DNA from: an uncultured delta proteobacterium
Lineage (GTDB): Bacteria > Desulfobacterota > WTBG01 > CAIYCZ01
Assembly (NCBI GenBank): GCA_963803975.1
Contig: CAWDOY010000053.1
Location: 32,001-96,000, forward strand
Direction: 5' to 3'
DNA length: 64,000 bases
Under the pieces are notes generated by a model, which saw only the letters and a program-made list of their open reading frames with translations, searched no databases and was not told where the DNA came from. Position numbers and translations under genes: made by a program. Positions 1-10,198 of the stretch are shown in pieces; position 1 is the first letter of the stretch; each line of letters starts with the position of its first letter.

Positions 1-265
1 TGGGGTTGCCGAACTGCGCATTCATCACATTTTCGAGCCGTTTCAGGTTGGAAAGAATCTGCTCCTTTAAACCCTGGGGCCATTTTTTATGGTTCTGATA
101 GTAAAGCTGGCACGCTTTGGTGGTGATGGTAAATCCGGCCGGAACCGGCATGCCGAGATTGCTCATTTCGGCAAGATTTGCGCCCTTGCCGCCCAGAAGT
201 TCTTTCATCGTTGCCTTGCCTTCGGTTTTTTTTCCTCCAAAAAAATAGACATGCTTTGGTGCCAT
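1..265 (-). CDS. ppdK: Pyruvate phosphate dikinase, N-terminal part (runs off the window)
   Basis: Not in the ORF track. Manual translation gives MAPKHVYFFGGKKTEGKATMKELLGGKGANLAEMSNLGMPVPAGFTITT, with the LLGGKGANLAEM signature. GGAGGAGG RBS at 273-280. Confidence 0.95.
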   Translation of the reverse strand, partial: MAPKHVYFFGGKKTEGKATMKELLGGKGANLAEMSNLGMPVPAGFTITTKACQLYYQNHKKWPQGLKEQILSNLKRLENVMNAQFGNP

Positions 266-483
266 AGATTGTCCTCCTCCTTATAATTAAATTCTAAATT
301 CTAATGTCGAAATCCCAAACAAAGAACAGATTTGAAACGCTATACGCTATGCTGCATACGCATAAGTTTAATGTTGAGATTCTTACCTATACACATCTGA
401 GGATATTGCATCAGCTTATTTCACGATGCATCGATATTTTTGCAGGAGCGGCTGCAGTCGCAATAACCATCAGTGTTTCAACG

Positions 484-2559
484 TTATACTGAAGACAGTT
501 TTGTAAAATCAGCAAAGTTCACAAACAGGGAACTGACCTCGTAAAGCAGCGCCAGCCGGTTAGTGCGTACCGCTTCCTGGTCAACCATCACCATTACTGT
601 ATCAAAAAAGTTATCCACCTCGGTGCGAAGTGTTGCAATCAGTTTCAGTGCCGGCAGGTACTCCTTTTTATGCATAAGGGACTGCACCTGGCCGCACAGC
701 GACAGATATTTCTGATGAAGGTCTCGTTCTGCCTGCTCCTCAAACAGCCCGGGGCTGACTACTCCCGAGCCCGCTCCGGCGAGAATGTTCACCACTCTTT
801 TGAAGGCGATTGCCAGCGCCTCAAAATCAGGCACCTGTTTTACCTGCTGCAGGGCTTCGATACGCCTCTGCATATCCAGCACATCATCTATGCCGCATGA
901 TACGACGGCATCGACCGCATCAGCAGGATACCCCTGAGACGTGAGCAGGTTGGAAAACCGCACGGAAAAGAAATTGAGGACATCGTTTGACACTTCAGCA
1001 ACCGGCCGGGTGAGTTTCTCTTTGAGCAGGGCAATTGCTTTGTGTATTGTCTCGGTGAGCGATATTTTGTACTGCCTGCCTGCTATGATGTTTATGATTC
1101 CCAGACACTGGCGCCGGAGCGCATAGGGGTCGGCAGTGCCGGTGGGGATCAGGCCGACGCCAAAACAGCCGACAATGGTGTCGAGCTTGTCGGCAATGCC
1201 AACAATGGCACCGATGTCTGAAACCGGTATGCTGTCTTCAGCAAACCGCGGGAGGTAGTGCTCAAAGATTGCTTCCGCAACTTCTGCGTCTTCACCGGCA
1301 ATGCGCGCGTATTCCCTGCCCATGATGCCCTGCAGTTCAGGAAACTCGCCCACCATTTCTGACACCAGGTCTGCCTTGCACAGATATGCCGCGCGCTCAA
1401 CCCTGGCCCTGATTGACTGACTAAAAAAACTGTCGGTTAAAAACAGCGCCAGCTCCTGGAAGCGTCTGACCTTCTCAAAGGAAGTACCCAGCTGTGCCTG
1501 GAAGATGACGCCCTGCAGGCGCTCAGTCATGGAGTCGAGCGATTTTTTCTGGTCCGCGGTGTAGAAGAAGCGTGCATCAGAGAGCCGGGCACGCAGTACC
1601 CGCTCATGCCCCCGGGCTGACACTGCCGGCTCCCTGGCCCGGGTGTTGTTGACTGCTATGAAGCAGGGCAGGGGGCTGCCCTGCGTATCGAGTATCGGGA
1701 AATATTTCTGGTGCTTTTTCATGGTGGTGATGAGGACTTCGCGGGGCAGCTGCAGAAATTCGTTTTCAAAGTGGCAGAGCACCGGAGAGCAGTTTTCTAT
1801 CAGGTTGGTAACTTCATCAATGAGCGCGCTGTCTTCATCCGGTACCCCGTTTACCGAGGCAGCGATGCCGCGTATTTCCCGGATAAGTGTATCGCGCCTG
1901 ACCTGCGGATCGACAAAGACAAAAGCCTGCGCGAGCTGAGCAGCGTAGGAAGCGGCATTGGTAATTCTCAACGGACCGGGTGCCATGAACCGGTGGCCGT
2001 ATGAGGTATCTCCGGAATCAATGTTTCCAAGCTGGAAGGGTACGATGGTATTACCAAACAGCGCAACAATCCAGTGGATGGGCCGGGCAAAGCGCACCTC
2101 AAGATCTCCCCAGCGCATTGATTTGCGGAAGGGAAGGGCGAGGATGATGTCAGGCAGGATCTGCGGGAGCAGCTTTATGGTCAGTTCGCTCTGCTCTTTT
2201 TTCTCAGCGCAGATATATTCGCCCTTGTCGGTCTTGACTGTTTTAATGTCCGCGATATCTATGCCCTGTCCTTTGGCAAAGCCGATGGCTGCTTTGGTGG
2301 GATTGCCGTCCTTATCAAAGGCGATAGATTTTGCCGGCCCCAGCTTAGTCGCGATCAGTTCTTCCTGTGCAACCGCAACGCCGCTTGCGATAAGCGCCAG
2401 GCGGCGGGGGGTCCCCATGGTGGTGATTTCTTTAAACGCAATGCGCTGATTCTGCAGTTCTTTCAAAGCCTTTTCCCTGAGCGCCTTGAGAGCGTCAGGC
2501 AGAAACGCGGCGGGTATCTCCTCGGTGCCGACTTCAAGTAGAAGGTCCTTCTCGTCCAT
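484..2559 (-). CDS. glyS: Glycine-tRNA ligase beta subunit
   Basis: LLLEVGTEEIP N-terminus, TPRRL, FARPIHW, EFPELQGIMG and DPYALRR motifs. Start moved to MDEKDLLL. Confidence 0.97.
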   Translation of the reverse strand: MDEKDLLLEVGTEEIPAAFLPDALKALREKALKELQNQRIAFKEITTMGTPRRLALIASGVAVAQEELIATKLGPAKSIAFDKDGNPTKAAIGFAKGQGIDIADIKTVKTDKGEYICAEKKEQSELTIKLLPQILPDIILALPFRKSMRWGDLEVRFARPIHWIVALFGNTIVPFQLGNIDSGDTSYGHRFMAPGPLRITNAASYAAQLAQAFVFVDPQVRRDTLIREIRGIAASVNGVPDEDSALIDEVTNLIENCSPVLCHFENEFLQLPREVLITTMKKHQKYFPILDTQGSPLPCFIAVNNTRAREPAVSARGHERVLRARLSDARFFYTADQKKSLDSMTERLQGVIFQAQLGTSFEKVRRFQELALFLTDSFFSQSIRARVERAAYLCKADLVSEMVGEFPELQGIMGREYARIAGEDAEVAEAIFEHYLPRFAEDSIPVSDIGAIVGIADKLDTIVGCFGVGLIPTGTADPYALRRQCLGIINIIAGRQYKISLTETIHKAIALLKEKLTRPVAEVSNDVLNFFSVRFSNLLTSQGYPADAVDAVVSCGIDDVLDMQRRIEALQQVKQVPDFEALAIAFKRVVNILAGAGSGVVSPGLFEEQAERDLHQKYLSLCGQVQSLMHKKEYLPALKLIATLRTEVDNFFDTVMVMVDQEAVRTNRLALLYEVSSLFVNFADFTKLSSV

Positions 2560-2570
2560 CAAAAAATCCT

Positions 2571-2664
2571 TGAGTTTTGGAGTTGTAGCGTTGTGGAGTT
2601 CAGGAGTTAATAAATGAGAAATATTTTTATCCACTCCGCAACTCCTGAACTCATTAACTCATAA
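2571..2664. repeat. Octamer tandem repeats arranged as an inverted pair (GAGTTnnn x5 / nAACTCnn x4)
   Basis: tgagtttt-ggagttgt-agcgttgt-ggagttca-ggagttaa followed by ccactccg-caactcct-gaactcat-taactcat. Confidence 0.7.
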
Positions 2665-3534
2665 CGCTTGTTTAACAGGGGAAAGCCCATGGTCTCCCGC
2701 TGCTGCAGGTATGCCTCGGCGACCGCTTTTGCCAGATTCCTTACCCGGCCGATATAGCCGGTCCGCTCAGTGATGCTGATCGCACCGCGCGCCTGCAGGA
2801 GGTTGAACGTGTGGGAGCATTTCAGGCAGTAATCATATGCCGGCAGGATCAACCCCTTGGCAATCACCCGGATTGATTCCCGCTCGTACATTTCAAACAG
2901 TTTAAAGAGCATGTCCGGATCTGACTCTTCGAAATTATATTTAGAGAATTCAACCTCGCCTCGGTGGTGAACGTCACCGTATTTGATGCCCCTGGTCCAC
3001 TCCAGGTCATATACATTGTCAATCCCCTGCAGGTACATGGCAATGCGCTCGATGCCGTAGGTGATTTCAACTGCCACCGGCTTTAAATCTATGCCCCCTG
3101 CCTGCTGAAAATAGGTGAACTGGGTTATCTCCATGCCGTCAAGCCACACTTCCCAGCCCAGTCCCCAGGCGCCCAGCGTGGGCGATTCCCAGTCATCTTC
3201 CACAAACCTGATGTCGTGCTCAAGCGGATCAATGCCAAAGCTTTTGAGGCTTGCAAGATACAAGTCCTGAATGTCCATGGGGCGACGGCTTCATGATCAC
3301 CTGGTACTGGTAATAGTGCTGGAGGCGGTTGGGATTCTCTCCGTAACGGCCGTCAGTAGGGCGCCGCGACGGCTCAACATAGGCAACATTCCACGGCTCA
3401 GGGCCAAGCACGCGCAGAAACGTTGCGGGGTTGAAGGTGCCTGCTCCCACCTCAATATCGTAGGGCTGCTGGATTATGCAGCCCCGGTCCGCCCAGAATT
3501 TCTGCAGGGATAAAATCAAGTTCTGAAAAGTCAA
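2607..3534 (-). CDS. glyQ: Glycine-tRNA ligase alpha subunit (one frameshift near 3278, likely sequencing error)
   Basis: [13 protein letters not shown]...[10 protein letters not shown]...[15 protein letters not shown] joined to [24 protein letters not shown]. Confidence 0.96.
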
Positions 3535-3552
3535 TGTTCGTTCTCCTGCTAT

Positions 3553-3615
3553 AGTTTCAGGTTTAAAGTTTAAGGTTCAAAGTTATAAAATCATTTAAAC
3601 TTAAAACATGAAACT
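3553..3615. repeat. Heptamer tandem/inverted repeat hairpin between recO and glyQ
   Basis: agtttca-ggtttaa-agtttaa-ggttcaa-agtt ... ttaaact-taaaaca-tgaaact. Confidence 0.6.
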
Positions 3616-4374
3616 TTAAACTTTCATCAATTGTTCTATGAACTCCAGCGACTTTGGCCTTTTGCCTATGTGGTACTCAAGGAATTGCAGCATAATCAGC
3701 TTGCCCTCGCCATGGGCGGAGGCTGAAAAATGTATCCTGTTCAGCTTTTCCAGGCTAAGCTGCTGTGCCTGCTGAAAGATTTTTATCGTACCGTGTGACA
3801 GGCACGGGTATGCAGTGCTCTCCTTATGGCAGACAGAGCAGAGGATGCCCCCCTTGTTGACAGAAAACCGGTACGCTACCTCCGGCACATATTTCCGGCC
3901 GCAGCTCACGCACTGCAAAAGCTGCGGCTGATAGCCCAGAAGCGCTGTGAGGCGCATCTCAAATATTCGCAGGATGTCTTCCCGCGGGGGCTTTGAGCTG
4001 AGCAGATTGAGAAAGAAGAGGAGCAGGTCGAAAATCTCGGGATGTTTTTCCCGCTCCGGTGTCAGCGTATTCACCAGCTCAAGCAGATAGTGCCCGTAGG
4101 CAATTTTTTTTATGTCCTGGCTGATGGCGGGAAAGGTATTGATAATGCGGCAGTTCTCGAGCCGTGCCAGCCCGTGCCCTTCCCGCTCAAAGCAATCTAC
4201 TTCATTGTGCGTGAACGGTTCAAGCGCCCCGCCAAACCGCTTCTGACTACGCTTTGCTCCCTTGGCAATTCCCCTTAGCCTCCCGTGGTCTCGGGTATAA
4301 AATGAAACTATCCTGTCGAATTCAGCATAGTCCGTTACCTTAAGGATAACGGCAGCGGATTTAAAAGAAGGCAT
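3616..4374 (-). CDS. recO: DNA repair protein RecO
   Basis: EFDRIVSFYTRDHGRLRGIAKGAKRSQKRFGGALEPF; CVSCG...CSVC Zn finger; recO-glyQ-glyS synteny. Confidence 0.95.
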   Translation of the reverse strand: MPSFKSAAVILKVTDYAEFDRIVSFYTRDHGRLRGIAKGAKRSQKRFGGALEPFTHNEVDCFEREGHGLARLENCRIINTFPAISQDIKKIAYGHYLLELVNTLTPEREKHPEIFDLLLFFLNLLSSKPPREDILRIFEMRLTALLGYQPQLLQCVSCGRKYVPEVAYRFSVNKGGILCSVCHKESTAYPCLSHGTIKIFQQAQQLSLEKLNRIHFSASAHGEGKLIMLQFLEYHIGKRPKSLEFIEQLMKV

Positions 4375-4709
4375 AGCACCTTGATTACAATAAATCCCTC
4401 TTGGCAACAGGGGGATTAAGGTCAATTTTTCAGGCTGTTAAAGTTTTTTAACCTACCACAATTACTTCTTTATATCAATTATAACTTGGATGAGCTGCAA
4501 AAGATTGATTATAGACAGGGTAGTTTTCATAAGAAGGCTTTGTCCTTATAAGGCAAGAGTTTATTTTAACAACAAATTATAGCTGGTTAATGAAGCATAT
4601 CTGCCAAAATATATTATAAATAAAAAAATTATAAGCTGATTAATAATTATATGTTTAAAGTTTTTTATGTTTATTGCGATACTTATAACTAAATAACATA
4701 ACCACGCCC

Positions 4710-4798
4710 AATTACTGAAAAAGGCAAACTATACCGCAAGGATAGGACGCAAAGCCTCCGGTTCTTAATAAAGGATAGCGGGGCTGCCAGAAATAATT
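4710..4798 (+). ncRNA. Cyclic di-GMP-I (GEMM) riboswitch
   Basis: GGCAAAC-TATACC-GCAA-GGATAG-GACGCAAAGCCTCCGG...GATAGCGGGGCTGCC matches the class I consensus; closing stem aattactg/cagaaataatt; lies about 50 nt upstream of ORF 4847. Confidence 0.92.
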
Positions 4799-4846
4799 AC
4801 TGGTTCATGGAGAGTCTATCCTTTCTGGTATCGGGACGGACTCTTT

Positions 4847-5335
4847 ATGATAAAAAAAACCTTCTTTTTCCTCTTTGTGTTTTGTTTCTTCCTGGAAATT
4901 GTCTACCCATCTGTCTCCTGCAGTCAGAGACCTGAAAAATTCATCATCCTGAATCTTCACTGGGATAGTGAAACCATACGCCTGAATACCATTCATGTTG
5001 CTCAGGGAATGCTAAAAAATAATAGACGGTTAGCTGGAGGAGAGCCGTTTATTTACCGCGTTCTCTCGCCCCGTAGCGAGGTAATAGAAGAGGGCTATCT
5101 TACCGTACCTCGGCTTATCCACTTTGACTATGTTGATAGTAAAAATGGGCAGTTGCGGGGCGGGATTCTCCCCCGGCGGGAAGCAGATTTTGTCGTAAAA
5201 ATTCCCGCGCATGAGAATTCCCAACGGATACTCTTTTATAAATCACAAGCCGCCAGCGATAAAAGCATCCAACCCACAACCAGTAATGCCGAAAAGAAGT
5301 TAGGGGATATGATCGGAGAGATTGAATTACAATAG
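4847..5335 (+). CDS. Hypothetical exported protein (162 aa)
   Basis: Hydrophobic signal-like N-terminus; closely coupled to the downstream peptidase. Confidence 0.75.
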   Translation: MIKKTFFFLFVFCFFLEIVYPSVSCSQRPEKFIILNLHWDSETIRLNTIHVAQGMLKNNRRLAGGEPFIYRVLSPRSEVIEEGYLTVPRLIHFDYVDSKNGQLRGGILPRREADFVVKIPAHENSQRILFYKSQAASDKSIQPTTSNAEKKLGDMIGEIELQ

Positions 5336-5342
5336 CTTATAT

Positions 5343-6983
5343 ATGAAACGCATTATACCCATTGTTATTTTAGTTTTGACATTACAGACTGTTTTATGCC
5401 TTCCCTGTTCTGCGCAGGATACCATAAAAAAAATTATTGATAATGGTGATGACACTTCACGATTTGTCTTTGTTGTTCTCGCAGAAGGTTATACCGCGGC
5501 AGAAATGCAAAAATATGACGATGATTGCCATACCATTATCAGTTATTTCTTTTCCAGCCTGCCGTGGCATGACTATCAATCTTTTGTGAATGTCTATTCG
5601 ATATTTTCTTTTTCAAATCAGTCAGGCGCAGATATTCCCTCTGAAGATGTCTATGTTGACACCGCTTTTGACGCTACTTTTGACAGCTTCGGCATAAACA
5701 ACCTGCTGACGGTGAACGATGCAAAGGCCTTTGAGACGGCTGCGCAGGTGCCGACATTTGACGCTGTTTTTGTTCTCGTCAATGATGCCCGCTATGGCGG
5801 CAGTGGCGGTTCAACCATTGTGCTCTCCACGCATACTGCTGCCGGTGAGATTGCACTCCACGAGGCAGGCCATTTTATTGGACACCTTGCCGATGAATAT
5901 GAGACACCGTACGCCGCGTATCCTTCCGGAGCAGAAGAGCCGAATATTACCTTTCAGAATGATCCGGAAACAATTAAATGGAAGGATTGGATTGATGAGG
6001 ATGTCCCGCTGCCGACTCCCGAAACTGTTTCTGATAGAATCGGTTTGTTTGAAGGGGCGCGTTACAGCGCAACAGGCGTCTATCGTCCAAAACATAATTG
6101 TAAAATGCGGAATCTTTCTGTTCCCTATTGTGAAATCTGTGCCGAGGCTCTTATACGAAGTATCTACACCGTTGTGAACCCTATCGATAAATTTGGCCCG
6201 GCAGAGGATGAAGTTACCATAACTGACAAAGCAGCTACCCTGTGGATCGAACCGGTGCAGGTTACCGGCACTGAATATGAAATTATCTGGGAGCTGGATG
6301 GAAAGACAGTGAATAATTCACGGACGAGTTATGATGTGCAGCCCTATATGCTTGGCGATGGTAAGCATACCGTTCGCGTTTGGCTGCGAGATACTACCAG
6401 CATGGTGAGAACAGATGCCGCCGGGCTTTTAACTTCACAGCACACCTGGATTGTGCGGAAAAATCCATGTGCGGGAAGAATATCCGGAACCATTATTGAT
6501 ATAGAAACAGGGGCCGGTATAGCTGATGCGACAAGTATGATTGTACCGACATCCCAGACTGCCATTACAGACGCTGCAGGAGGCTTCAGTGTTGAAGGGC
6601 TGGCATGCGGGAGTTATTCTATTCTCATTAATGCGCCCGGGTTTGAAGAGTCTGAACAAGTCTTTCGCATTACTGACCAGCATGAAACAGTTATTGCTGT
6701 TTCTTTGAACAAACAGGGCCATCGCTGTTCTATCAGAGGGTCCGTTACCGGAACAATGGTAGAAGGCGTTACCTTAAAACTGTATGGGCAATTTTCATCG
6801 ACAATACAAACTTCAACAGAAGGGCATTTTATATTCAAATCACTCCCGGCGGGTCTCTATCTTATCATCCCGGAATCTCCCGGATGCCGGTTTTTTCCTG
6901 CATTTCAAATAGCTAATATTCAGGAAACAAAGCTTCAGGAAATAAATTTCGTTTGTTACAAAAACTTCTTTTCTCCCTATTAA
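5343..6983 (+). CDS. Secreted M64 (IgA peptidase-like) zinc metallopeptidase with C-terminal carboxypeptidase-regulatory-like beta-sandwich domains
   Basis: Signal peptide; VVLAEGYT, ALHEAGHFIGHLADEY, GLFEGARY...YRPKHNCKMR...YCEIC; C-terminal ISGTIID...TDAAGGFSVEGLACGSYSILINAPGF. Confidence 0.88.
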   Translation: MKRIIPIVILVLTLQTVLCLPCSAQDTIKKIIDNGDDTSRFVFVVLAEGYTAAEMQKYDDDCHTIISYFFSSLPWHDYQSFVNVYSIFSFSNQSGADIPSEDVYVDTAFDATFDSFGINNLLTVNDAKAFETAAQVPTFDAVFVLVNDARYGGSGGSTIVLSTHTAAGEIALHEAGHFIGHLADEYETPYAAYPSGAEEPNITFQNDPETIKWKDWIDEDVPLPTPETVSDRIGLFEGARYSATGVYRPKHNCKMRNLSVPYCEICAEALIRSIYTVVNPIDKFGPAEDEVTITDKAATLWIEPVQVTGTEYEIIWELDGKTVNNSRTSYDVQPYMLGDGKHTVRVWLRDTTSMVRTDAAGLLTSQHTWIVRKNPCAGRISGTIIDIETGAGIADATSMIVPTSQTAITDAAGGFSVEGLACGSYSILINAPGFEESEQVFRITDQHETVIAVSLNKQGHRCSIRGSVTGTMVEGVTLKLYGQFSSTIQTSTEGHFIFKSLPAGLYLIIPESPGCRFFPAFQIANIQETKLQEINFVCYKNFFSPY

Positions 6984-7292
6984 AGCTGCAACCGTTTATG
7001 CCTTATCTTGTGTATGGATATTCGCAAAGGGCATTATGGAAAAAACGGAGCAGCTTTCCCATCTAAATCACCTCAGCGCAATTCTGGATCATATCAGCTA
7101 ATTTTAACACAGGAACCAATAAATATACTGACCGCGGTCAAAAAACTTGACATGATAAATAGTTCTATGATTAGCTGTCAGGTAATTATAGTTATTACGC
7201 GTAAGAGCGGCGATGTTTCTTGCGGCCTAAAAGGCACGCATAAGGCCAATGGCGAGAACGAAATATTATCAATCCGATTAAAGGAGGGCATC

Positions 7293-8630
7293 ATGAGACA
7301 GCGAGAACTTACGGCAGTAGTACTTGTTTTAATGGCAGTCCTGTTAGCTGCATGTTCTGAAGACAACATGCAATTTCTAAGCTCTAAAATAGAGATAGCG
7401 GCCAACCCTAAACTTGCAGAGTGGATACCGCGGCTTGCGTATAATTCAGTGGATGATGAGTTTCTGGTTGTCTGGACAGAGCAGGGCGGGCGGGTGCAGG
7501 GCGGGAGTTCGAAGTACGGCATTTTTGCCCAGCGGTTTTCCTCAAGCGGAGCGAAGATAGGCGCAAGCTTCAGCCCGGCAGGCCCTCCGGTAAACAATAT
7601 TATCCTGTTACCGACCCCTGAATATAATATGTTCACCAATCAGTATTTCATGGCCTACACCATGTCCGGGGTGGGGTTTGATCAATATGGGGCACTATTC
7701 AGCAATGCCGGGGATATCATAAAGCAGCCGTTCGCGATTTCAGAAAGACCTAAAAGCCAGATGCACTCCCGGGTCGCCTTTAATACCTTAAAGCGCCAGT
7801 TTTTTGTTGTGTATAACAGCAGCGAAAGCGGCAGCCCTGACGTCAAGGGGGTGATTCTGGATGAAAACGGCACGCCGGTTACCGATGAGTTGATGATCAA
7901 TGATGTCAAGGGCGACCAGTATAATCCCTACATAGCCTATAACCCGAAAGATGATACCTATCTTATCAACTGGGAAGATTTCCGGAACGTCCCAACCTGG
8001 GAGCAGAACGGGGAGATTTACGGGGCGCTGCTTGACGGCGACGGCAATGTGCTGGTCAATGACATTGCCATGATTGATGATTTCGGCACCCCCGATGAAG
8101 GCGATCAGCGCCTCAATGAAATCTCATACAATCCGGACCGGAATGAGTTTCTGGCTACCTGGAGCGATACTGCTCCCTCATTGAATAACGTCGGCGTGCG
8201 GGGAGTATTCATCACAGCGGACGGAAAACTTGCCGGGCCGATTTTTACCGTAGCAGATACTGTTGGCCCGCAGGTGTTTCAGCACACCATCTATGCCCCG
8301 GCCAGGAAGAAATATTTTATCCTGTGGGAAGACGGCAGAAATCAGGAAGACCTGACTTCCGGCTGGAAAAACATGACGGACCTTGATATCTATGGCAAAT
8401 GGATGAGCGCGGACGGCACGACCTTCAGCGATGAAGTTGTTTTCTGCAAAGAGCCGGGTATACAGCGCTATTCATCCCTCAGCTACTCTGAAAAAAGCGA
8501 CCGGATGCTGGTTGCCTGGCAGGATGTTGTTGATGAAGACCTGACCCTGGGTGAGACGGACGATCAATCAGGGCAGCATGTAAAAGAAAAGGGCGGTAAT
8601 GTGTATGCCATAGTCTACGGCACCCCCTGA
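7293..8630 (+). CDS. Putative lipoprotein with repeated beta-propeller-like blades
   Basis: AGGAGG RBS, MRQREL...LLAAC lipobox; repeats of the type P-x-AYN-x4-(F/Y)L-x-W. Confidence 0.8.
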   Translation: MRQRELTAVVLVLMAVLLAACSEDNMQFLSSKIEIAANPKLAEWIPRLAYNSVDDEFLVVWTEQGGRVQGGSSKYGIFAQRFSSSGAKIGASFSPAGPPVNNIILLPTPEYNMFTNQYFMAYTMSGVGFDQYGALFSNAGDIIKQPFAISERPKSQMHSRVAFNTLKRQFFVVYNSSESGSPDVKGVILDENGTPVTDELMINDVKGDQYNPYIAYNPKDDTYLINWEDFRNVPTWEQNGEIYGALLDGDGNVLVNDIAMIDDFGTPDEGDQRLNEISYNPDRNEFLATWSDTAPSLNNVGVRGVFITADGKLAGPIFTVADTVGPQVFQHTIYAPARKKYFILWEDGRNQEDLTSGWKNMTDLDIYGKWMSADGTTFSDEVVFCKEPGIQRYSSLSYSEKSDRMLVAWQDVVDEDLTLGETDDQSGQHVKEKGGNVYAIVYGTP

Positions 8631-8654
8631 AAATAGAAGTACAGTGTTGCTGTG

Positions 8655-8686
8655 AAAAAAGCGGAGTCATGCCGGCTCCGCTTTTT
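8655..8686 (+). terminator. Rho-independent terminator (possibly bidirectional)
   Basis: aaaaaa-GCGGAGTC-atgcc-GGCTCCGC-ttttt. Confidence 0.75.
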
Positions 8687-8724
8687 GTTTTGCAGGTATG
8701 AATCTTTTGCAGGTTTATTTGCGT

Positions 8725-8753
8725 TTGACACGAGCCGGACCTTTTTCTATACT
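8725..8753 (+). promoter_or_regulatory. Sigma70-type promoter for the ferritin-like gene
   Basis: TTGACA-17 bp-TATACT. Confidence 0.7.
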
Positions 8754-8820
8754 GTATATATATGAATAAAATACACTGCAACGCTGCGACAGGCAGGGAA
8801 CATTAGGGAGGGGTATACCC

Positions 8821-9289
8821 ATGGCAGACAAAAAACTTGAAGAAGTCATTGACTATCGCAATAAAGCGCGAGGAAGAGGCTATCGCCTTTTACCAGGGTC
8901 TTTATAACCGGGTGCAGGATGAAACTGCCAGAGATACGCTGCAGTTTCTTGCCGGAGAGGAGAAAAAGCATAAAGAATTTCTGGTCAGATACCGGCAGGG
9001 AAACTATACCGCTGATGCCCTGAGGATGAGCACGGTGGTCGATTACCGGATTGCCGAACACCTTGAGAAGCCGGACCCTGCGGCAGATATGGAAAGCAAG
9101 GATGTGTACCTGGTGGCGGCGCACCGCGAGCTTGCATCATACAATTTCTACACAGCACTTGCTGCGCTTCACCCTGACGGCGAGCTTAAACAGCTGCTCG
9201 TAAAAATCGCCGGCGAGGAACTGCGGCACAAGGAAAAAGTCGAATACCTCTACGCTAACACCGCGTTCCCGCAGACTGACGGCGGCTGA
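8821..9289 (+). CDS. Rubrerythrin/ferritin-like di-iron protein (frameshift near 8856)
   Basis: RBS GGAGGG, MADKKLEEVIDY joined to AIKREEEAIAFY...LAGEEKKH...RELASYNFY...AGEELRHK (two ExxH motifs). Confidence 0.88.
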
Positions 9290-9294
9290 GCTGC

Positions 9295-10123
9295 TTATCG
9301 CAGGCTTCTGCCCAGGGCAACAAAAAGGTCCCTGGTTATTACACCCGGATGCCCTTTCTCTTTGGCGACCTGCTCGCTGAGAGCAATTATTTTGTCAATA
9401 AGCTGCTTCGCCGTCTTGCCTGTCAATGAGCACATCCGCAAGCGCCTGTATGGTGTGGGCGCACCACAGGCCCTTTCCTTTAAGGTGCTTTTTCACCGTA
9501 TCGACCAGCGCAAACTCCTCTATCACCTGTACTTCGCACTGCTTTGCAAAATCAGTGCTGCACAGCAGGCATGCTGCCGCGTGGCTCATGGCAAGCTCTT
9601 TGGGCTCAGGAGGATTTTCCTGCACCTGCCGGTAGCTGAAATCCTTTGCCAGGTCAGCAAAAGCTCTGGTCGTATTGATCGTGGTAATGCCTTTTATGCC
9701 CTGCTGCCTTGTTATTTCCTCGGCACGCTTCTGCACTTTTTTGCCCGTTTCAAAGGAAACCGTCCCGTCAGACATTGACGAGCTCAGGATGAAGCGCGCA
9801 TGGCAGCACCAGTGCATGGTCTCTGTTTCAATGACATCGTCATGATAGACCCCGCTTATATCCAGCTCGGCACGGCATATCTCGGAGAGCTTCGGCGGGC
9901 AGTAGCCGCACATTTTAATATAGTCGTTGGAATACTTCGGCACCCATTTCTGTTCGTCCGGCTTGAATGCATCGCCGTATTGTTTAAAGAACTCCTTCCT
10001 GCTCATCGAATTCCGGAACGTTTCAAAACAGGTGGTTGAGCAAAACACCAGGTCTTTAAGCTCAATAAATTTCATTACCAGGTCTTTCCCGCACTGGTGA
10101 CACAGTATTTGATCATCACTCAT
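9295..10123 (-). CDS. Unknown Cys-rich protein B (TRASH-like finger + two 4-Cys/PCP_red-like repeats); frameshift near 9408 hides the true C-terminus
   Basis: CHQC...CSTTC; CGYC-x7-C...WCCH; CLLC-x7-C...WCAH. The shifted frame continues QLIDKIIALSEQVAKEKGHPGVITRDLFVALGRSLR*, matching the end of the paralogue. Confidence 0.85.
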
Positions 10124-10198
10124 GAGTAATTCTCCTGTGGAAAAGGGGGTATCCCCGATAAGAAAGGGGCATCCCCGCTCTTGTGAAGTGATTATGTA

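Noticed and set aside
7008..7292. N-terminal extension of the 540-aa ORF
   Set aside because: RBS and lipoprotein signal point to ATG 7293; the upstream part holds promoter-like sequence.
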